A program made the position numbers and the translations under genes. A stretch of 20,000 nucleotides of DNA from an uncultured virus (IMG/VR IMGVR_UViG_3300025108_000034) (lineage: Duplodnaviria; Heunggongvirae; Uroviricota; Caudoviricetes): the IMG/VR virus record IMGVR_UViG_3300025108_000034. One strand, written 5' to 3'. The notes under the pieces were generated by a model. The model was given only the letters and a program-made list of their open reading frames with translations. It was not told where the DNA came from and did not search any database. Shown piece by piece: positions 15,665 to 20,000 of this stretch. Positions within the stretch are counted from its first letter, which is position 1. Each line of letters starts with the position of its first letter.

Positions 15665-15751
15665 ATGATTCGTCTTATGATTCTTTGTTCTGTCGTTTAC
15701 CTCTTGATCTGTCTCGCAATCGTCCAAACCTATTGGCTTTTTTATGTCTGA
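15665..15751 (+). CDS. Putative 28-aa single-pass membrane peptide
   Basis: MIRLMILCSVVYLLICLAIVQTYWLFYV*; preceded by GGCAAACT (15648-15655) and overlaps the next start. Confidence 0.45.
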   Translation: MIRLMILCSVVYLLICLAIVQTYWLFYV

Positions 15752-16010
15752 ATCAACCATGAACAACTGCTCTATTACTGTCGAGGCCTACCGAAATGGT
15801 CGGGTGACTAGGGGCTTATTTGCTTTGGAAGATCACTGGTCTCTCGATGAAGGTTTCATTGTCAACCCTAGAAAAAACAGTTATGATACCGTTGTGTGTA
15901 CATTAAAGAATCTAGACTTCGGTTTGTACGATGCTCAAGGAATTGATTACATTGCTAGTCTTCTCAATTGCCTCTCTAGCGATATTATTTCCGCCTACTT
16001 AGAGGAATGA
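15744..16010 (+). CDS. Hypothetical protein
   Basis: ORF in the packed series. Confidence 0.65.
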   Translation: MSESTMNNCSITVEAYRNGRVTRGLFALEDHWSLDEGFIVNPRKNSYDTVVCTLKNLDFGLYDAQGIDYIASLLNCLSSDIISAYLEE

Positions 16011-16013
16011 TCA

Positions 16014-16178
16014 ATGAATAGTATTTATAACGTTACTTACCTTACGAAGCAAGGAAAACGTGACTCTATGCACATTATAGCTAATGATGCTAATGACGCT
16101 AAAGACAAAGTCTCAAAACTTCCTGAACGTTATGCTCCGGTAAAAGTTGTACTGACTTATGGTATTGATCATGAATGA
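16014..16178 (+). CDS. Small hypothetical protein (54 aa)
   Basis: GAGG RBS; MNSIYNVTYLTKQGKRDSMHIIANDANDAKDKVSKLPERYAPVKVVLTYGIDHE*. Confidence 0.7.
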   Translation: MNSIYNVTYLTKQGKRDSMHIIANDANDAKDKVSKLPERYAPVKVVLTYGIDHE

Positions 16179-16353
16179 AGGCATCAATGAAAGCTGGACG
16201 ACTTATTTAGGTCGTTCTCTTAATGAGATGCAGTCAAGCCAGGCTCCCGAAGGCCATGTTTTAAGGGTCGAAGGAGCTCTTATTGAAGCCATTCAAAATG
16301 TGCGGCACATCCGCCGATGCTACAACAAGTCCAATAAAAAAGAAAATCAATGA
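16171..16353 (+). CDS. Small hypothetical protein
   Basis: ATGAATGA overlap with the upstream stop (track start is 16159). Confidence 0.6.
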   Translation: MNEGINESWTTYLGRSLNEMQSSQAPEGHVLRVEGALIEAIQNVRHIRRCYNKSNKKENQ

Positions 16354-16511
16354 ACTTCACTCTTGACATCGAAGATTTCACCATCTTATTGAATGCTCTT
16401 CATTACTACAAGCGAATAGAAAAATGTGGGAACTTTCAAGCTTACGACGAAAAGCGAATAAACGATCTTCGTGACAAGATGTCACAACAGCTTACAAATC
16501 AAAACCTATGA
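16350..16511 (+). CDS. Small hypothetical protein (53 aa)
   Basis: ATGA overlaps on both sides; MNFTLDIEDFTILLNALHYYKRIEKCGNFQAYDEKRINDLRDKMSQQLTNQNL*. Confidence 0.75.
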   Translation: MNFTLDIEDFTILLNALHYYKRIEKCGNFQAYDEKRINDLRDKMSQQLTNQNL

Positions 16512-16702
16512 CATCCCAAGAAAGCGATTATTCACGTTTTGAAGTGTCCTTAGACTCCATAGGCTTGAGAATACTTCTCGATGCTGTAACTTACAGGCTT
16601 GAACGTTGGCCAGGAGGAGATCCTCAAGAGCAAGAGAACCTGCACAGGATGAGGACCGTCTTGCAAGCCATTGTCTTAGAGGCGCACTTTGACTCTTCTT
16701 AG
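16508..16702 (+). CDS. Conserved phage hypothetical protein (WPGGDPxEQ motif)
   Basis: ATGA coupling. The LERWPGGDPQEQ motif is one I recall from cyanophages. Confidence 0.8.
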   Translation: MTSQESDYSRFEVSLDSIGLRILLDAVTYRLERWPGGDPQEQENLHRMRTVLQAIVLEAHFDSS

Positions 16703-16712
16703 CCGATAGCAC

Positions 16713-16741
16713 TTGACAATTCGCTTCAAAGCCTTTACTGT
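16713..16741 (+). promoter_or_regulatory. Host sigma70-type promoter
   Basis: TTGACA-N17-TACTGT, overlapped by the inverted repeat TGTTGGG-cata-CCCAACA (16739-16756). Confidence 0.6.
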
Positions 16742-16767
16742 TGGGCATACCCAACAAAGGTCTCACA

Positions 16768-17043
16768 GTGAACAACCACGAGCTCGTCAGTCAAATCTTG
16801 AATACAGCTGGTTCTCAATTCGTTTCCGTCGTTTTCGAAAAAATTAACGGCGAAAAACGTCAATTAACGTTTAATCCAAAGCACATTGGAGAAATCAAAG
16901 GTACAGGTTCAAAATGCCAAGACCCTAACATCTTTCGTATTATGGACATTAATTTAAAGCAGTGGCGTAGTTTTGACGCTCGCCGTGTTATCTCCATTAA
17001 GGTCTCAGGTCAACTGACAGAGCTTAATAAAGAAGCTGCGTAA
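16768..17043 (+). CDS. WYL-like/SH3 beta-barrel (DUF2693-like) protein
   Basis: VSVVFEKINGEKRQL...MDINLKQWRSF motif; AAGG RBS before GTG 16768. Confidence 0.75.
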   Translation: MNNHELVSQILNTAGSQFVSVVFEKINGEKRQLTFNPKHIGEIKGTGSKCQDPNIFRIMDINLKQWRSFDARRVISIKVSGQLTELNKEAA

Positions 17044-17076
17044 GCTGTCCTTTAGCTTTTTACACGGATTTCTACT

Positions 17077-17178
17077 ATGAGTCTTATTGCCTTACTGGTT
17101 GGCTCGATTGGAGTCGGCCTATTGTTTACAGTCATACCCTTAAGTCTTCATTTTTTGTCCGAGAAAGAAAAAGAATGA
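17077..17178 (+). CDS. Putative 33-aa membrane peptide
   Basis: MSLIALLVGSIGVGLLFTVIPLSLHFLSEKEKE*; ATGA coupling to the next ORF. Confidence 0.55.
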   Translation: MSLIALLVGSIGVGLLFTVIPLSLHFLSEKEKE

Positions 17179-17312
17179 ATAGAATATCCTTGTTTACACT
17201 GATTCTTTTTCTTGTAGTGTTTGACGTTTTATTCCTTACGGGTAAAGTTACTCCAGAGAAAGAGCGACCGCCTTCTTGCTGGAAAGCTTCTCCAGAATTG
17301 GTAACATTCTAA
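17175..17312 (+). CDS. Putative 45-aa membrane peptide
   Basis: MNRISLFTLILFLVVFDVLFLTGKVTPEKERPPSCWKASPELVTF*. Confidence 0.55.
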   Translation: MNRISLFTLILFLVVFDVLFLTGKVTPEKERPPSCWKASPELVTF

Positions 17313-17331
17313 CAAACAAACCTTGTCAAAA

Positions 17332-17772
17332 ATGAAAGACCATGCCAACTCAACAGCCTTGCAATGGTTCCGTCGCAGCTTAGGGGATTGGAAGAGTGAT
17401 CGACGTTATCTTTTTGCTCCCTCTTTGAAACCTGCAAACATGGTAACTAATTTCACTGTTAGTGAGGGGTCTAACGGCAATCAGTTCGTCATTCAATGGG
17501 AAGGACAGACTTCTGGCACTATGGAAACAGAACTCAACGGACTCGTGCTCAGCAGGTCGAGGGACTACTTTGGAGAAGAAAACCATTCCAGCACAGTAGA
17601 AGTCGTTGATAACGATTGCATCGTGCTCCGCACCGCTTATGATGGCATGAAGATTCGGGAAGAGATTAGGCTCCTTGTAGAAGACACAGTGCGCCTCAGG
17701 CAGACTATCGGCATTGACGAAAAGACTGGAAATGTTCGATTATGTGGTCAGTACTTCGAGCAAAGGGTTTAA
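17332..17772 (+). CDS. Phycobiliprotein lyase, S/U-type (CpcS/CpeS family, CpcV-like)
   Basis: N-terminal WFRRSLGDWKSDRRY, central LSRSRDYF, and C-terminal LRTAYDGMKIREEIRL...RLRQT...GQYFEQR match the CpcS/CpeS beta-barrel pattern. Start is ATG 17332 or TTG 17323. Confidence 0.85.
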   Translation: MKDHANSTALQWFRRSLGDWKSDRRYLFAPSLKPANMVTNFTVSEGSNGNQFVIQWEGQTSGTMETELNGLVLSRSRDYFGEENHSSTVEVVDNDCIVLRTAYDGMKIREEIRLLVEDTVRLRQTIGIDEKTGNVRLCGQYFEQRV

Positions 17773-17778
17773 TAAGCC

Positions 17779-17961
17779 ATGAGTTTATTAAAGGATTCAA
17801 CCTTTTCCGTTCATTACCGAGGAGACAACAATCAGGAACTTGTTTACAAGGTTTCAGCTCGATCTAAAACTCATGCCATGATTCTTGCTATGGAAGATCT
17901 CGAAAGCTTACGGTTCAATCCACATAACATTGACATTGTAATCAGAGAGGATTTAGTCTAA
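17779..17961 (+). CDS. Small hypothetical protein
   Basis: Packed ORF with FSVHY...VSARSKTHA pattern. Confidence 0.7.
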   Translation: MSLLKDSTFSVHYRGDNNQELVYKVSARSKTHAMILAMEDLESLRFNPHNIDIVIREDLV

Positions 17962-18239
17962 TGAAACAAAGTGTAGTAACTGTTTTTGAAAACACCACGG
18001 AGCAGGAAATCCTTGAGCTGAACAAAGATCTGCCTACAGATTTACATTTGATTGAATATGAAGAAAACAATCAATTCTTTCTGGATGCTGTAAGAGCATA
18101 CAAGAAATCTGATGTTTTTGACATCTATTATGATCGCCTCAACGAAAAGGCGAAAAACAATGAGATCACAAGTTTTTCTATCCTTTCAATAAGAAACGGA
18201 TATGGATCCATATTACCTAGGACCTGGGAGGTATCATGA
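17961..18239 (+). CDS. Conserved cyanophage-type hypothetical protein
   Basis: TAATG coupling; LPTD...DAVRAYKKSDVFDIYYD...GYGSILPRTW. Confidence 0.8.
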   Translation: MKQSVVTVFENTTEQEILELNKDLPTDLHLIEYEENNQFFLDAVRAYKKSDVFDIYYDRLNEKAKNNEITSFSILSIRNGYGSILPRTWEVS

Positions 18240-18448
18240 CAGACTCTTCTGATGATTTACAATTGACACACTTTAGTTCGATTGATCTTGGGCTGACAAC
18301 TCCTAAGATCACTTATGTCGAAACAGATGATTTTTCTGGTTTTCAGTGGGACCATGAAGATCCTGAACTAATTGCTGCGGGTATCAACGAGATAACTGCA
18401 GAAGAATGGGCTGAAATTGTTGATCGTTATCTTTTTGAATATGGGTAA
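18236..18448 (+). CDS. Acidic hypothetical protein
   Basis: GGAGG RBS and ATGA coupling. Confidence 0.75.
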   Translation: MTDSSDDLQLTHFSSIDLGLTTPKITYVETDDFSGFQWDHEDPELIAAGINEITAEEWAEIVDRYLFEYG

Positions 18449-18638
18449 GTATGATTTCGGTGGCCTCGAAAAGCATCCTGCTAACATTTTGAGGCTAATC
18501 AGTGAGCTAGAAGGAGCTTATCAGCTTTGTAAGTACATGGGCTTCAAAGAAGACATGGAGATTCTTGACGGTATGAAAAAGCCGTATTATAAGCTTTATT
18601 TTAAACTCAACAAAAAACAATCACAGAAACTAAAATGA
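18441..18638 (+). CDS. Conserved cyanophage-type hypothetical protein
   Basis: MGKYDFGGLEKHPANILRLISELEGAYQLCKYMGFKEDMEILD.MKKPYYKLYF; ATG 18441 is preferred over track start 18417. Confidence 0.8.
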   Translation: MGKYDFGGLEKHPANILRLISELEGAYQLCKYMGFKEDMEILDGMKKPYYKLYFKLNKKQSQKLK

Positions 18639-18871
18639 TTTTTGATATTAATTCAGATGGAGGGGTTATGGCTATTGGTAACTGCTCTATCTATTGGGGG
18701 AACTCTGAAGACCCATTCTTTGGAACTGAGAGGTTGGAAGGTTTCTTCTCTATTAACTTAGGGAATGTTTCTTTGGAACTGGGATGTATCGATCAAGACC
18801 GCCCAGGCATCTATATTACAAAATATAAAGATGGAGACATTGAGTCCTCAACGCCTGTGCTAAAGTTCTGA
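18635..18871 (+). CDS. Hypothetical protein
   Basis: ATGA coupling. Confidence 0.7.
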   Translation: MIFDINSDGGVMAIGNCSIYWGNSEDPFFGTERLEGFFSINLGNVSLELGCIDQDRPGIYITKYKDGDIESSTPVLKF

Positions 18872-18903
18872 CATCAACCAAACGGACATTGCTCCCAGGA
18901 CTC

Positions 18904-19215
18904 ATGACCACCAAAGCTCACAAGATCACTGCCACTGCCGAAAACGGCGAGATCTTCACCCGAAAAACAGCACGCACCTACAGCCACGCCGTCTATCTGG
19001 AGTTCACTTACAGCGATGGCACCGTCAAAAATGGAAAGCCCAGCTGGGCTGGCCGTCCCGATCTCGCAGGCAAGAGCCTTAAGGACACTGCCAAGGTCGC
19101 CGCAAAATACCAAGGCACCAAAGTTCACCGCTGGAATCAGGAAGTAGGCAAGTTTATCTTCACCGGCATCTTCTACGACAAGGTTCGTGCCATTTGCGTC
19201 CCCGTTAACGCCTGA
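18904..19215 (+). CDS. Hypothetical phage protein (TRKTARTYSHAV...SWAGRPDLA), GC-richer early-type gene
   Basis: AGGA before ATG 18904; C-rich third positions; extended -10-like TGTGCTAAAGT at 18856-18866. Confidence 0.75.
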   Translation: MTTKAHKITATAENGEIFTRKTARTYSHAVYLEFTYSDGTVKNGKPSWAGRPDLAGKSLKDTAKVAAKYQGTKVHRWNQEVGKFIFTGIFYDKVRAICVPVNA

Positions 19216-19220
19216 TCGCC

Positions 19221-19236
19221 AGGGGCTTCGGCCCCT
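19221..19236 (+). terminator. C(UUCG)G tetraloop hairpin after a stop codon
   Basis: AGGGGC-TTCG-GCCCCT with a short T tail. Confidence 0.55.
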
Positions 19237-19264
19237 TGCCAAATCCTGGCCAATGGCCTACCAT
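19236..19264 (+). promoter_or_regulatory. Host sigma70-type promoter
   Basis: TTGCCA-N17-TACCAT, followed by a GCCC-GAGA-GGGC GNRA hairpin (19273-19284) at the expected transcript 5' end. Confidence 0.6.
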
Positions 19265-19299
19265 TAACGCAAGCCCGAGAGGGCACCGCAAACAAGACA

Positions 19300-19455
19300 A
19301 TGAACATTCTTCAAAACCCCTCTATTGCTGAGTTGAATCAAGACTTGGCTGATTTTCGTGAAATCTTCTGGCAACCTGTTTCCTCTGAACAAAAAGGCTG
19401 GGCGTTACAGATGATTAAGTCTATCGAGCACGAGCTTGATCAACTTCAGGCCTGA
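19300..19455 (+). CDS. Small hypothetical protein (51 aa)
   Basis: MNILQNPSIAELNQDLADFREIFWQPVSSEQKGWALQMIKSIEHELDQLQA*, downstream of a promoter. Confidence 0.7.
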   Translation: MNILQNPSIAELNQDLADFREIFWQPVSSEQKGWALQMIKSIEHELDQLQA

Positions 19456-19487
19456 GCTACAGTCTGAATATACAAAAGGAAAGCCTC

Positions 19488-19697
19488 ATGACCACAGCTG
19501 AACTTTTTTGCGCCGACGATCACGCTACTCAATTCTGTATCGAAATGAATATGACTAAACAGCAAGCTATCGGGGTCCGTATGTTAATCCTGCAAAACAA
19601 AGGAGCCAATCACAAGCAAGCCTTTGACAAGGTCTTAGGTGAAGGTGCCTTTGATGCCATGGCCGACCAGCTCTTTGACGAGTTCAACGCGGTCTGA
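19488..19697 (+). CDS. Small hypothetical protein
   Basis: AAGGA RBS; AFDKVLGEGAF motif. Confidence 0.75.
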   Translation: MTTAELFCADDHATQFCIEMNMTKQQAIGVRMLILQNKGANHKQAFDKVLGEGAFDAMADQLFDEFNAV

Positions 19698-19711
19698 GCT
19701 TATTGAAGATG

Positions 19712-19762
19712 GTCTGCGATCTGGTATGACAGGGGTATAGAACGCCATGCCAGATCGACGAC
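19712..19762. repeat. Inverted repeat/hairpin
   Basis: CGATCTGGTATG(19717-28)/CATGCCAGATCG(19746-57), extended by GTC/GAC. Confidence 0.65.
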
Positions 19763-19791
19763 GCAAAGGCCTTTTTGAATTCTGTAATTTG

Positions 19792-19831
19792 AAAACTTTT
19801 TTTCTAAAACTTTTTTTTGTAAAACTTTTTT
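19792..19831. repeat. Three AT-rich AAAAC(T)6-8 direct repeats
   Basis: Copies start at 19792, 19806 and 19821. Confidence 0.8.
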
Positions 19832-19853
19832 CTTTGCCATCAGCGGTGAATCA

Positions 19854-19946
19854 TCTTCAATTTGAAGACCTTATAGTAAAAAAATCATCTTCAATTTGAA
19901 GACCAAACATCTTCATGGTGAAGAACATCGATCTTCAATTTGAAGA
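19854..19946. repeat. Four palindromic TCTTCA-N3-TGAAGA repeats (iteron/operator array, candidate replication origin)
   Basis: Copies at 19854-19868, 19888-19902, 19910-19924 and 19932-19946; start-to-start spacing 34, 22, 22. Confidence 0.85.
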
Positions 19947-20000
19947 ACTATACTTATATATAAAGATTCTAATACAACTACAAATATATGGGTAGTAGAA

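Noticed and set aside
19854..19946. Mini-CRISPR array
   Set aside because: Repeats are only 15-21 bp with 7-19-bp gaps, far too short for spacers, and there are no cas genes. An iteron/operator array fits better.
1..20000. tRNA, rRNA, integrase or transposase
   Set aside because: No cloverleaf/T-loop signatures or recombinase motifs were seen by eye.

Overview
This window is a fragment of a tailed cyanophage genome, probably infecting Synechococcus/Cyanobium and probably siphovirus-like rather than T4- or T7-like. All credible genes are on the + strand. In order it carries: the 3' end of an hli gene, terminase small and large subunits, a phage sigma factor apparently lacking region 4, a DnaG primase, a calcineurin-like metallophosphoesterase, a glutaredoxin, a signal-peptide lambda-lysozyme-like endolysin, small ORFs, a GC-rich cassette with host sigma70-type promoters, a class II (B12-dependent) ribonucleotide reductase, dCTP deaminase, a DUF4055-type portal, and a long run of small accessory genes including a CpcS/CpeS-family phycobiliprotein lyase. 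Four non-coding signals stand out. (1) A pseudoknotted glutamine-II (Downstream-peptide)-like riboswitch at 15345-15406 precedes a double-YRG peptide gene. (2) A recurring GG-H-A-D-M-CT motif lies upstream of eight genes and is a candidate -10-only promoter for the phage sigma. (3) An origin-like array at the right end has four palindromic TCTTCA-N3-TGAAGA repeats beside three AT-rich repeats. (4) A structured leader precedes the portal gene. Family assignments come from motif recognition by eye; no searches were run.
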